Shown: positions 47,265 to 56,676, numbered from the stretch's first letter. The stretch: 64,000 bases of DNA from an uncultured virus (IMG/VR IMGVR_UViG_3300007734_000747) (IMGVR_UViG_3300007734_000747); one strand, 5' to 3'. The notes: a model not told the origin generated them from the sequence alone. Numbers and translations: made by a program.

Positions 47265-47660
47265 TGTTCTGACAACTTTGTTGTTGTTCTGGCTACGGAA
47301 CAGGATTTCGCCTTTTAAATCAACGACTTACGCACTTGTTCCGGTGTTCTGGTGTTTTTAGGTGGTATGGGCAGAAACAACGTTTTTTTCAGGTTGATCG
47401 TCCTTCGCGGCAAGTGCATCAAAAAACACTCTCAACCAGCCATATACCTTTTCTCAACCAGAACAGAACACTATATATAGTATATAGTTTAAATAATAAA
47501 GATAAAAAACCTAGTGTTTTCGCGGTATCTCAGCCATTTCTTTCTGTTCCGGCAACATTTAAAAACCAGAACAAAACCACCATTCCCTACTACATTTAGT
47601 AAAAACTTGTTCCGGTTTTCCCACACCACCAGAACAAAACCACCTCACAGGTCGGAACAA
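47265..47660. repeat. Iteron-like cluster (TGTTCYG/CRGAACA x12) with an AT-rich core; putative origin or packaging site
   Basis: Twelve heptamers in both orientations; AT-rich tract 47472-47509; IHF consensus match at 47318-47330. Confidence 0.6.
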
Positions 47661-47678
47661 AAAACCCATACAAAGTGC

Positions 47679-47707
47679 TTGATTAGTATGTCAATTTATA
47701 GTATAAT
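47679..47707 (+). promoter_or_regulatory. Candidate early promoter
   Basis: TTGATT-17-TATAAT. Confidence 0.7.
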
Positions 47708-47809
47708 TATAGTGTCGGTAAGCAATGTATCAAACCTAATCGACAAAGCACCAAGAAAGTTATTTAACACTTCACGTAGACGTGAATTACACAGAAAGGT
47801 AGGCAGCAC

Positions 47810-48019
47810 ATGAGTCAAGAAATAATGAAGCAACTACACGAAACCATCGCCAACTTAGTGGCACAGCATGGCAGCGGGATTATCACAGACTTAGAGTTCG
47901 TATATGCAATTAGCAGCGCGGGTATAGATGCAAAATGTGCGTTCTTAAAAAGACAATTACCCATACACAACGAAGACTTAACTGGGTTGACTGACGTCAA
48001 TACCGGATTACGTTATTAA
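47810..48019 (+). CDS. Early hypothetical protein
   Basis: 69 aa; AGGTAGG RBS. Confidence 0.6.
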   Translation: MSQEIMKQLHETIANLVAQHGSGIITDLEFVYAISSAGIDAKCAFLKRQLPIHNEDLTGLTDVNTGLRY

Positions 48020-48059
48020 ATAACAGTTCACTAACCCCTGAACCAGAAAGGAACCCATC

Positions 48060-48365
48060 ATGGGCAAACTAAAACAAGCAATGATCGAGGCACAAGAACG
48101 GTGGCACGTAGACACACCTGACCTAACAATGGATGAACTAATTAAAGAGGATGTGTTCTTCCGATACGGCGTAGACATCGAAGTAGCGCAGCGCGTTATG
48201 ACTTTGCTGAGAGTGTACCCACCACCAGAGCATTTGTACGTGACGCACCCAGAACTACACGTTGTATGGCTTAAGGAATACTTAGAGGACATGGAGAACA
48301 AGCAACTGAGTAAACAGCTCGTTCTGTTCCCCGAGGGCAATATGCCTTGGGCATGGGAGAAATGA
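48060..48365 (+). CDS. Early hypothetical protein
   Basis: 101 aa; AAAGGA RBS. Confidence 0.65.
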   Translation: MGKLKQAMIEAQERWHVDTPDLTMDELIKEDVFFRYGVDIEVAQRVMTLLRVYPPPEHLYVTHPELHVVWLKEYLEDMENKQLSKQLVLFPEGNMPWAWEK

Positions 48366-48366
48366 C

Positions 48367-48750
48367 ATGGGCTATCGATCAGACATTACTTGCATCATGT
48401 ACGCGGTAAAACAAACTCATGAGACAGGGGCACAGGAAGTAGTCAACGCGTGGGTTAAACAACGCATACCTGACTTCAAGGAAATAAATGGCTTGGACTT
48501 GCACTCTTACTTTGAGTTTGAGAAAGACAAGGCGGTGTTCCGATGCGAGGGTTGGAAATGGTATCCAGACTATGACGAGGTCAAAGCGTTGGAGAATTTA
48601 TTTGAAGAGTTTGCCGATACGTTTTGCTCAGGAGATGCTTATGCGATGGAGTTTATACGCATAGGCGAGGATTGGACAGACGTTGAGGCGCGGCGACATG
48701 GCAACTACAATTGCCGTTTAGATTTTCATAGACACATTTACGTTGATTAG
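48367..48750 (+). CDS. Early hypothetical protein
   Basis: MGYRSD...WKWYPDY...FIRIGED pattern typical of a phage family. Confidence 0.75.
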   Translation: MGYRSDITCIMYAVKQTHETGAQEVVNAWVKQRIPDFKEINGLDLHSYFEFEKDKAVFRCEGWKWYPDYDEVKALENLFEEFADTFCSGDAYAMEFIRIGEDWTDVEARRHGNYNCRLDFHRHIYVD

Positions 48751-48760
48751 GAGTTCACCT

Positions 48761-48979
48761 ATGGCTGAAGAGAATCATAGCAGACCTTGCATTATATGTG
48801 GCTCACCGGTAGCTCACCAACGGTGGGCGTTGGGATACAAAACTTGTATGCCATGTGGACAAGCAGCGTCAGTCAGTATAAAGCGGTGCGTTGTGCCAAT
48901 GCACAAGAGTAACTACGTGATGGTCACAGACATCACAGACTTACAGGGCATCAACAACAAGGGAGGGTTAGTTAAATGA
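48761..48979 (+). CDS. Small Cys4 zinc-finger protein
   Basis: CIICG..RWALGYKTCMPCG..PMHKSNY; ATG at 48761 with AGGAG RBS. Confidence 0.7.
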   Translation: MAEENHSRPCIICGSPVAHQRWALGYKTCMPCGQAASVSIKRCVVPMHKSNYVMVTDITDLQGINNKGGLVK

Positions 48980-49131
48980 CAGGTGATGAACTATTAGCAG
49001 AGGTCAACGAAGCGTTGGCACGTTGGGAAGCGGACAATTCGTTGCATACATTAACTGAGGAGGAGCGCAACTGTTGGCGTATCGGGTATTGCTACGGTCG
49101 GGGTGTAACTAGCGGACTAAAGGAGGGCTAG
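48976..49131 (+). CDS. 51-aa hypothetical protein (not in the ORF track)
   Basis: MTGDELLAEVNEAL...GLKEG*; ATGA overlap; GGAGG RBS. Confidence 0.6.
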   Translation: MTGDELLAEVNEALARWEADNSLHTLTEEERNCWRIGYCYGRGVTSGLKEG

Positions 49132-49135
49132 TGAA

Positions 49136-49261
49136 ATGACTGATAAACAAATACATGAGCTTGCTAGATATATCGCCACATATTTAGCAGAGGAAAACCA
49201 GCACGTAGATTTATTTACTGTACGTAACGCTATCGAGGCATATCTGGGCGGCGCGAGATGA
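49136..49261 (+). CDS. 41-aa hypothetical protein (not in the ORF track)
   Basis: MTDKQIHELARYIA...IEAYLGGAR*; AGGAGG RBS; ATGA overlap with the next ORF. Confidence 0.6.
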   Translation: MTDKQIHELARYIATYLAEENQHVDLFTVRNAIEAYLGGAR

Positions 49262-49461
49262 GAGGGGAAAGTAACGCAGTAGTTGTCAGCGGTAATATTC
49301 TTATGGCACGTCATGAGTTAGAACACGCAGCCCAACCTAGTGCTGAGGTAAGGCGCGGGGTGATATGCGTGGAGCGGCGATATAAAGGGCGTGATGTATG
49401 GATACCGCTGTTCAGGCAGCAAGAATATACACAGTGGTCTAATTGTTTTTCTGTTTTATAG
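49258..49461 (+). CDS. Hypothetical protein
   Basis: 67 aa; coupled to the upstream ORF. Confidence 0.5.
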   Translation: MRGESNAVVVSGNILMARHELEHAAQPSAEVRRGVICVERRYKGRDVWIPLFRQQEYTQWSNCFSVL

Positions 49462-49473
49462 GGAGGGTTGAAG

Positions 49474-49557
49474 ATGGACATCGATGATGTTGTAGGACTA
49501 TTTTGTGGCTTGGTGTTGGCTGCATTGTTAGTCATGTTGTGCGTGGGGAAGCTATGA
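49474..49557 (+). CDS. 27-aa membrane peptide (not in the ORF track)
   Basis: MDIDDVVGLFCGLVLAALLVMLCVGKL*; GGAGG RBS; ATGA overlap. Confidence 0.55.
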   Translation: MDIDDVVGLFCGLVLAALLVMLCVGKL

Positions 49558-49715
49558 AAGTAATTAGCGAACAAAGGCAGGAAGCAATAAAGAAGCGTCA
49601 GCGGCAGGACGTTGGGTATAGAAACTTTAATCGCATGTTGGATTTAATACTACAGGAAAGGGTGAAGCGTAATCTTAAAAATGAGGGAGGGACAGGCAAT
49701 GAATGTAAGGAATAA
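49554..49715 (+). CDS. Small basic hypothetical protein
   Basis: Probable start MKVISEQ at 49554. Confidence 0.5.
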   Translation: MKVISEQRQEAIKKRQRQDVGYRNFNRMLDLILQERVKRNLKNEGGTGNECKE

Positions 49716-49845
49716 CAAGCAGTCAATTAAACAAACAATACGCGACACTAAACGTATCTTGAGGCGGCAGAAAGGCACGATATGGGAGCGTGAGTATTTG
49801 TTTGCACACATCAACAAAGTTAAAGGGAGATTGGGATGGATATGA
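49699..49845 (+). CDS. 48-aa basic hypothetical protein (not in the ORF track)
   Basis: MNVRNNKQSIKQ...KGRLGWI*; GGAGG RBS. Confidence 0.5.
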   Translation: MNVRNNKQSIKQTIRDTKRILRRQKGTIWEREYLFAHINKVKGRLGWI

Positions 49846-50183
49846 ATGATGAAGGTTTGTACGAGCCAGTAGATGCACGACCACTAGAGAGCGGTGCAAT
49901 ACAAAAGATATACCGCTTTGCCAATGGGTACGGAGCGTCAGTTGTCAAGGGAGAGCATACCTACGGAGGGGACGAGGGACTATGGGAGTTGGCTGTCATT
50001 ACCTTTGCGGTAAAGGCTGACAATCACACTTATATGTTGTGCTATGACACTCCTATCACACAGGACGTTGAGGGCAATCTCAATGACGGTGAGGTGGAAG
50101 AGATACTTGACAAGATTAAACATCTACCGATGCGGGGGGATGATGAGATGCGTCAACAAGGCAATGAAAGGCAGCACGTATGA
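49836..50183 (+). CDS. Conserved phage hypothetical protein
   Basis: YRFANGYGASVV..YGGDEGLWELAV..TPITQDVEG. Confidence 0.75.
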   Translation: MDMNDEGLYEPVDARPLESGAIQKIYRFANGYGASVVKGEHTYGGDEGLWELAVITFAVKADNHTYMLCYDTPITQDVEGNLNDGEVEEILDKIKHLPMRGDDEMRQQGNERQHV

Positions 50184-50401
50184 ACACACTATACGAAATA
50201 ACAACCATTGTATTGGGCGTATGGGTATTAGTGCTTCATGTACGCCTGAATCGTAAGACTTCCTTCTTGAACAAGCTGAGTGTGTCACTTGACCGTATTG
50301 CTGATGGGACGTGGGAGGTTAGATCAATTGAGGATGGCTTCGAGGTATACGACAAGTCAGACAACGAGAAGATGATCGCAGTAAGGAGGCTAAAGGCATG
50401 A
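50180..50401 (+). CDS. Small membrane-anchored protein
   Basis: N-terminal TM helix; ATGA overlaps. Confidence 0.6.
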   Translation: MNTLYEITTIVLGVWVLVLHVRLNRKTSFLNKLSVSLDRIADGTWEVRSIEDGFEVYDKSDNEKMIAVRRLKA

Positions 50402-50508
50402 ACAACTGGCTTCGTATTATCTGCGCGGTTGTGCTGATTTCAATCAGCTTGATGTCATTGGGAGCATTCTTAGCCCACAGGTACATATATAAAAGTGGAG
50501 TAATTCGC

Positions 50509-50537
50509 TTGTATAATATGTCTAGTTATGATATACT
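50509..50537 (+). promoter_or_regulatory. Candidate promoter for the DUF3150-like/AAA/vWA operon
   Basis: TTGTAT-17-TATACT with TG upstream of the -10. Confidence 0.6.
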
Positions 50538-50630
50538 TATAAGTAGTGGACGGTACAATCTACTGCGAAATTAAGTTAAGAGTTCAGCGTCACATGAAGT
50601 TCTATTTAATCACATATAAAAGGCAATGAA

Positions 50631-51548
50631 ATGAATATCTCTTTAAATAAACCAAAACACATTACGTCACTTGCAACCGCAGGTCTATTAGTATCAGTCG
50701 AGGTCAACGTCTGGTCAGCAACTAAGCAGGATAGAGGCATCAGCAATGAGGTTACTACCGCAAAGAAAGCCGATCAAAACGCGGGCAGGTTCGTTAAGAA
50801 TCTACTTGCCAACAACATCGATCACAAGAATCTACTGAACTATCGTCAGACTATCTATAACTGGATGCAGCGCACAACGTACCCGTGGAATAAAGCGCAG
50901 GACTATCTGCCGCACGTATCTCTACCCAAGTTTATGCAAGAGTTCCACGACCACAAGGCAGAGTTCGAGCGTCTGTTAGATACATTCTGCAACAACTATG
51001 CGACTACCGTATCCAACATGGCGTTCGCACAAGGTCAGATGTTCAACCGCAACGACTACCCAGATGTGTCCGAGGTACGCAATAAGTTCTGCATCACTCT
51101 GTATACAAGCGAGATTCCGGTGGGCGACTATCGTTGCGCGATAGCACAAGACTTGGCTAATGATCTTAACAATCATTACAACCAACAAGCGGAGACAATA
51201 GTTCAGGGCATCCTGAACGATCAGATGGATAGATTGGTTGAAGTTATGGAGAGTTTATCTCATTGCTGTGATGTAGATGAGTACATGGGCAAAGATGGTG
51301 AGATGAAACAGAAGAAGCGCAAGATATATGAAGGTACGGTGGCGAAGGCTAAAGAGTATTGCCATGTGTACAAAGACTTTAATCTGACAGGTGATGATAA
51401 GTTAGCTAATGTCATTGCTCAGTTAGATATAGCGTTGCGAGGCGTTGATGCTGATATGTTGCGCGAGTCAGACGCAGCGCGTTCGCAAGTTAAAGATGAG
51501 GTGGACGATATTCTGTCCAAGTTCATGCCACGTAGTAACAACATTTAA
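50631..51548 (+). CDS. DUF3150-like helical protein
   Basis: 305 aa; W..TKQD..DYPDVSEVRNKF; first gene of the AAA/vWA triad. Confidence 0.6.
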   Translation: MNISLNKPKHITSLATAGLLVSVEVNVWSATKQDRGISNEVTTAKKADQNAGRFVKNLLANNIDHKNLLNYRQTIYNWMQRTTYPWNKAQDYLPHVSLPKFMQEFHDHKAEFERLLDTFCNNYATTVSNMAFAQGQMFNRNDYPDVSEVRNKFCITLYTSEIPVGDYRCAIAQDLANDLNNHYNQQAETIVQGILNDQMDRLVEVMESLSHCCDVDEYMGKDGEMKQKKRKIYEGTVAKAKEYCHVYKDFNLTGDDKLANVIAQLDIALRGVDADMLRESDAARSQVKDEVDDILSKFMPRSNNI

Positions 51549-51586
51549 TTAACGATTCACCAAACCCTGAAAGGTAAGACAGCATC

Positions 51587-52723
51587 ATGGCAAAACTAAA
51601 TTTCACCCAAACAATCACTATCGACCAAGCGGCGACAGTTATTCCAATCCTATCGCAAACAGTTGAGGGAGAAGATTCACACATCACACCAATCATAGTG
51701 AGTGAACCGGGAGTTGGCAAGACTTCTATCTTAAAGCTGATCGCTGAGAAAAATGGCGACAAGTGGCGTAAACCCAACGATGTGTACGCATCAGACAAAT
51801 ACGAGTACATCTACGTTGACTGTCCGTCAAAAGATCATATGGACATAGCAGCCACTATCCCTAACCACCAGACAAAAGCACTCGAGCAATACGTAGGTTC
51901 ATTGTTCAACATGGGCAGCGGTAAGCCCAAGGTCATCATGCTTGACGAGGCGTTCAAGGTTCCTAAGTCGATGGGTGTGTTGTTTACCCGACTAATGCTA
52001 GAGCGCATGGTGGGTGACGTATCGCTGCCACTAGGTTCTATGGTGTTCGGTACAAGTAACAACGGAAGCGATGGCGTAGGCGACCACGTACAGTCACATC
52101 AGGGCAATCGTATCTGTCTAGTGCGTATGGAGAAACCCGATGCGCGGCGTTGGAATGTATGGGCGGGTGAGAATGGCGTGTCAGTTACCTTGCGTTCGTT
52201 CGTTGCTATGAATCCACGTTGCTTAGCGTCATACATGGATGGTGGGCAGGAGAACAATGAGTTTATATTTAATCCAACCAAGGCAGGACAAGCGGTGTCG
52301 TTCGTGTCACCACGTTCGTTGTACAAAGCCAATCGTATCGTAGTTAACCGCGAAGTTATGGGTACACAGGTGGCTGAAGTGTTACTTGCAGGAACGATTG
52401 GTTTAGCAGCGGCGAAAGCGTTGTCTGTCTTTATGGAGATGGAGTCGCAGGTTATTAAAACTAAGGACGTGGTTGCTAACCCAGAGGGTGTACCCATGCC
52501 AAGCGATATGGCTGCGCTTTGCATGATGATGTTCAATGCAGTCGATGACTTGCAGACACAGGACGAGCTGTCTCAGTACATGAAGTTCATCAAGCGTATG
52601 AATCACAGCGAGTTGCAGTCTGTGTTCTTCACTATGTTGATGGGTAATAAACGCACTACTAAACTTGCCGCTAACAATGATGACGTTAAGGCATGGACTA
52701 AAGACAACTACAAGTATCTATAA
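51587..52723 (+). CDS. MoxR/CbbQ-like AAA+ ATPase
   Basis: Walker A SEPGVGKT, Walker B IMLDEA, sensor SPRS. Confidence 0.85.
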   Translation: MAKLNFTQTITIDQAATVIPILSQTVEGEDSHITPIIVSEPGVGKTSILKLIAEKNGDKWRKPNDVYASDKYEYIYVDCPSKDHMDIAATIPNHQTKALEQYVGSLFNMGSGKPKVIMLDEAFKVPKSMGVLFTRLMLERMVGDVSLPLGSMVFGTSNNGSDGVGDHVQSHQGNRICLVRMEKPDARRWNVWAGENGVSVTLRSFVAMNPRCLASYMDGGQENNEFIFNPTKAGQAVSFVSPRSLYKANRIVVNREVMGTQVAEVLLAGTIGLAAAKALSVFMEMESQVIKTKDVVANPEGVPMPSDMAALCMMMFNAVDDLQTQDELSQYMKFIKRMNHSELQSVFFTMLMGNKRTTKLAANNDDVKAWTKDNYKYL

Positions 52724-52737
52724 CCTAGGAGAATAAT

Positions 52738-54006
52738 ATGTCATATCTCTCAGACGAAGAAAGACTGAAGAAGAATCACATCATCATGATGCGTCACCCA
52801 GAGACAGCGTTGTATGGCAGCGTGATGTTGATGGGTAACAGCGAGGTGGCTGAAGGTATACCTACCGCATACACCGATGGTGAGAACAAGCGTTATGGCA
52901 AGGAGTTTATGGCTACCTTATCTGATGCGGAAGCGAGGGCGGTGGTGCTGCATGAGAATCTCCATGTAGCGTTACTACATATCCACAGACACAAAGACTT
53001 GATGAAGGAGGATCACGTTCTAGCTAACGTGTCGATGGATATAGTCGTTAACAACATCATCGATAACATCAAAGGTCAACATCAATCGCAACCATTGTGC
53101 AAGTTACCTGAGAGCGCAATCATAGATCACAAGTTCGATGGGTGGGCGGTGCGTGAGATATACAACGAACTACAGAAACAGAATCCACAACGTAAGCAGA
53201 AAGGTAGTGGTGGCGGAGGTGGGAGCTGTGAGTCTGATGATGGTGATGAGACTAACGGTTCAGGTCAGGGTGAAGTGATAAACATCAACGGCAAACAAGT
53301 AACGGTGGCTGATAGTGATGAACATGACATGAGCGGAGCCAATGGCAAAGATGTCAAGGAGTTGAAGGAGTTCGAGGAGAAGGTAGGTCGGGCGTTGCGT
53401 GAGGGTAGTATGTTGGCAGGTCGTCTCGGAGCTAACATCCCGCGTGAGATAAGTCAGTCATTGGAGATACCGATCAACTGGAAGGACGAGTTCCGTGACT
53501 TTGTTACTAACAACGTGCGAGGTAAGGACGAGCTGACATGGCGTAGGTTCAATCGCAATCTCTTGGCTAATGACATTCTCGCACCAAGCGAGGACACAGA
53601 AACATTGACTGAGGTATGCGTGGGTATCGACACGTCTGGTTCTATTGGCACAGAGGAGCTTGGCGCGTTCGCTTATCAGTTGCAGATGATCTGTGATGTG
53701 TGTAAGCCTGACACCGTTCGCATACTGTGGTGGGATACAGAGGTACATGGTGAGCAGGTGTTCGCAGGTGACTCACCTAACATCAAAGATATTCTCAAGC
53801 CAATGGGTGGTGGCGGCACTATGGTGTCGTGCGTCTCGGACTATCTGAAAGATAAGAAGTACACACCGGATTGTCTGGTGATCTTTACTGATGGCTACGT
53901 TGAAGATAAACCAAGGTGGGAAACTGGCTTCGATACTCTATGGTTGGTGACAGAAAATAGAAACTTCAAACCGCCGAAAGGCAAGTTGGTTAAATTTAAT
54001 AAATAA
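52738..54006 (+). CDS. Metallopeptidase-vWA protein (DUF2201-like)
   Basis: TAYTDG, LHENLH (HExxH), MIDAS DTSGS, GGGGT, IFTDG. Confidence 0.85.
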   Translation: MSYLSDEERLKKNHIIMMRHPETALYGSVMLMGNSEVAEGIPTAYTDGENKRYGKEFMATLSDAEARAVVLHENLHVALLHIHRHKDLMKEDHVLANVSMDIVVNNIIDNIKGQHQSQPLCKLPESAIIDHKFDGWAVREIYNELQKQNPQRKQKGSGGGGGSCESDDGDETNGSGQGEVININGKQVTVADSDEHDMSGANGKDVKELKEFEEKVGRALREGSMLAGRLGANIPREISQSLEIPINWKDEFRDFVTNNVRGKDELTWRRFNRNLLANDILAPSEDTETLTEVCVGIDTSGSIGTEELGAFAYQLQMICDVCKPDTVRILWWDTEVHGEQVFAGDSPNIKDILKPMGGGGTMVSCVSDYLKDKKYTPDCLVIFTDGYVEDKPRWETGFDTLWLVTENRNFKPPKGKLVKFNK

Positions 54007-54034
54007 CGATTCACCCTAACATGAAAGGTTAAAC

Positions 54035-55045
54035 ATGAAAATCTTACATACACACGCCATTTACAGAATGGTTGAGCAAAGAGACGAAAAGTTTCCGCTC
54101 ACAGCCGATGAAGCGCATCGAGTAACAGATAACAAAGCGTTCCCGCTTGTGCGGGAGTTGGCGCACAAGTACGACCTTCAAGTGCTAGGTATCAGCGGAG
54201 AAACTATCGAGGGAGCTAACATCTATATGTCCCGCGCTGATGGCATACCTATTTGCAGAGTGTATTGGATGAAGGATAGAGAAGCGTATGCGATTCGTAA
54301 TGTGGTAGTGGCTAAAGATCGTGGGCGTGACTACGAAGACAAACTAATTTTCTTTGGTAAGAAGGTAAATTTTTTAATGAAGGTTATTGAAGAAAAGAAT
54401 TTGATACCCAAAACTACTGACGATATGTTCAGACACGTTTTTAGTTCAGACATTTATTCAATGCTAAATCACTTTTCAAACACATTGGGCGAGGTACGTA
54501 AGCACAATATGTTATCGGGCGATGAAGTTCACAGATTGTTAATGATAGTTTTAAACAATCAAAGTATGGATACCCTATCAAAAGAATCAATGGATAAAGT
54601 TAAACTTACTCTTGACAAATACGAGGTGGTTGATAGTATGAGAGCTAAACGTGCGGAAGAAATACGAGAGGTTTTTACTCAGCCCATGCGCGTTATAGGT
54701 AATGATTCGTTAGGTTCTTTCATGGTGGGCAAGATACATTTGCAGCCCCAATGGGGGTATGGCGATGATATGAATGATTTGGTGAGTTATAAGATGGACA
54801 TAACGGAGCCGTTCAAGCGCGTCAATGATGTGATGGAGGTGGACGATGCTATTACTACTATGGCTATGCTGAAAACACACTTGCAGCAACTGTATCCCAA
54901 TATGACTTTCAAGGGTGATAGCGGGTTCTTTCCCGAATCATTTAAGGGAGTCATCAAAGAACTAAACGTAATGGCATTCAACAAGAGAGATTCTTGGGGT
55001 AACACAGCGTTACTTAAACCATCATTTATATTTATGCCGTCATGA
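54035..55045 (+). CDS. Hypothetical protein
   Basis: 336-aa ORF with AAAGG RBS. Confidence 0.75.
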   Translation: MKILHTHAIYRMVEQRDEKFPLTADEAHRVTDNKAFPLVRELAHKYDLQVLGISGETIEGANIYMSRADGIPICRVYWMKDREAYAIRNVVVAKDRGRDYEDKLIFFGKKVNFLMKVIEEKNLIPKTTDDMFRHVFSSDIYSMLNHFSNTLGEVRKHNMLSGDEVHRLLMIVLNNQSMDTLSKESMDKVKLTLDKYEVVDSMRAKRAEEIREVFTQPMRVIGNDSLGSFMVGKIHLQPQWGYGDDMNDLVSYKMDITEPFKRVNDVMEVDDAITTMAMLKTHLQQLYPNMTFKGDSGFFPESFKGVIKELNVMAFNKRDSWGNTALLKPSFIFMPS

Positions 55046-55446
55046 ATGTAGATACATCAGATACACCACGCGAATGGAACGATTTTATATTTGAGCGTAA
55101 TTATATAAACATCGCACCGATTGGTAGTGAGTTCGACGATTTAGGGAAGGGCTTGTATCGCGTGCCAGTACGCATAGAGAGCGAAAAGCATACGGTATTT
55201 GTTGGGGACAACCATCTACGGATATTTGACCACAACACCCTTCCCGCTTTTATTAAACACAAGCTTGCGATGATTATTGTTTCACCCACACCTGAATTCT
55301 TACCTAGTGATGAGTCGTTATCTAGGTTGACGTTGTTCCAGACGCAAGGGGATACGCCGACGATTGGGTGGAAAGCATCTAGCACGATGTACATTGTAAT
55401 TATGACTGACGCAGAGCTTGAATCTTTGAAAGGCTATAGAGAGTGA
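55042..55446 (+). CDS. Hypothetical protein
   Basis: 134 aa; coupled on both sides. Confidence 0.7.
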   Translation: MNVDTSDTPREWNDFIFERNYINIAPIGSEFDDLGKGLYRVPVRIESEKHTVFVGDNHLRIFDHNTLPAFIKHKLAMIIVSPTPEFLPSDESLSRLTLFQTQGDTPTIGWKASSTMYIVIMTDAELESLKGYRE

Positions 55447-55742
55447 AACCCGAAGCGAAGGTAAAGAAGAAAGTCAAAGCAACACTTGATAAGTTAAAAG
55501 CCTATTACTTCATGCCTTTCATGGCGGGGTACGGTACAGCAGGAGTGCCAGACATCGTTGCTTGTTACAAAGGCAGATTCATAGGTATCGAGTGTAAGGC
55601 AGGTGGCAATCGAACGACCGCGCTTCAGGTAAAAAACTTAAACGAGATAGGTAAGTGTGGTGGCATCCCGCTTGTAGTAAATGAAGAAAATGTAGACCAA
55701 CTTGAGGAGGTGTTAAATAATGAAGTTCAAAATAGTCGGTGA
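55443..55742 (+). CDS. VRR-NUC/Holliday junction resolvase-like nuclease
   Basis: PEAKV..GVPDIVAC..FIGIECKA..TALQ, a PD-(D/E)xK motif. Confidence 0.85.
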   Translation: MKPEAKVKKKVKATLDKLKAYYFMPFMAGYGTAGVPDIVACYKGRFIGIECKAGGNRTTALQVKNLNEIGKCGGIPLVVNEENVDQLEEVLNNEVQNSR

Positions 55743-55920
55743 AGAGAATCTTATATCACCTGATGTTTATCAGGGTAATAGGCAACACATAGATGCGCTA
55801 GACAACTTTAAATGGACGGCAGGTGCAAACGTGCAGGCGAAGTGGCGTAAATATGGATGGGTTCCTCCGTCAGAGGTTCGCAACGATTATCTTTTTCAAC
55901 GTAACAGAGAGGGTAAGTAA
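55720..55920 (+). CDS. Hypothetical protein
   Basis: 66 aa; GGAGG RBS; WRKYGWVPPS. Confidence 0.6.
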   Translation: MKFKIVGEENLISPDVYQGNRQHIDALDNFKWTAGANVQAKWRKYGWVPPSEVRNDYLFQRNREGK

Positions 55921-55922
55921 TC

Positions 55923-56336
55923 ATGAGAGAATCAGTACAAACACAGCGAATTAAAAAATATTTTAAGAAGTATCCGTTTGCCAAACCAAAGGTTGCAGCG
56001 GAAGAATTAAGTATAGCAATCACCGCTATTTATAGTGTGCGTAGAGCTATGCGTAAGAAAATAAACGTAGCACCCGAGCGTGTTGTTAAAACAAGGATGC
56101 AATCCGCTAAGCCAGAGTTCGGCGCGTCCAATGTTGATCTTGTTAATAATCCTCCACACTACAGGGTGGGTGGGATAGAGACTATTGACTTCATTGAAGC
56201 AAAGAATCTCAACTACAACTTGGGTAATGCTGTGAAGTATATTACCCGAGCAGATCACAAAGACAATCGAGTGCAAGATTTGGAGAAAGCGCGTTGGTAC
56301 ATCGAGCGTGAGATTCTCTCAGCACACGTTAAATAA
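55923..56336 (+). CDS. DUF3310-domain protein (T7 gp1.7-like nucleotide kinase family)
   Basis: VNNPPHY..GGIETIDFI..GNAVKYI.R..K..DLEKARWYI. Confidence 0.85.
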   Translation: MRESVQTQRIKKYFKKYPFAKPKVAAEELSIAITAIYSVRRAMRKKINVAPERVVKTRMQSAKPEFGASNVDLVNNPPHYRVGGIETIDFIEAKNLNYNLGNAVKYITRADHKDNRVQDLEKARWYIEREILSAHVK

Positions 56337-56341
56337 TTTAT

Positions 56342-56377
56342 ATAGCGGTTCAGGGTCGCCTGAATCGCTATTTTTTT
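56342..56377 (+). terminator. Intrinsic terminator containing a TTCA-N8-TGAA site
   Basis: ATAGCGGTTCAGG-GTCG-CCTGAATCGCTAT followed by a T tract. Confidence 0.8.
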
Positions 56378-56400
56378 CTCTATCCAAGGTGAATATCTAA

Positions 56401-56676
56401 ATGCTATGCCCGCACTGCGATGGGAAATCTACCGTCGCCACAAGTATAAAACTATACGATGGTGTTAAGCGTTATCGTAAGTGCGTTGATTGTAAGAGAC
56501 AGTTCCAGACGATGGAATCAATTATCACCAACGCCCCTATTTTGAAACCAGTTGTTGAAAAGAAGGAGTTGTTTACACCAAAAGAAGTTAGCACAGCGAA
56601 GATGAAAAAAGTTAACACGCGAAGAGTTAATGAAGATCGCGTGTCCAGTTATTACATTGAGGACGATTATGACTAG
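56401..56676 (+). CDS. Zinc-ribbon protein (resembles the NrdR N-terminus)
   Basis: MLCPHC...RYRKCVDCKRQFQTME. Confidence 0.7.
   Translation: MLCPHCDGKSTVATSIKLYDGVKRYRKCVDCKRQFQTMESIITNAPILKPVVEKKELFTPKEVSTAKMKKVNTRRVNEDRVSSYYIEDDYD

Noticed and set aside
47336..47813. ORFs 47336-47599 and 47514-47813
   Set aside because: They run through the iteron cluster and promoter with weak starts; more likely noncoding.
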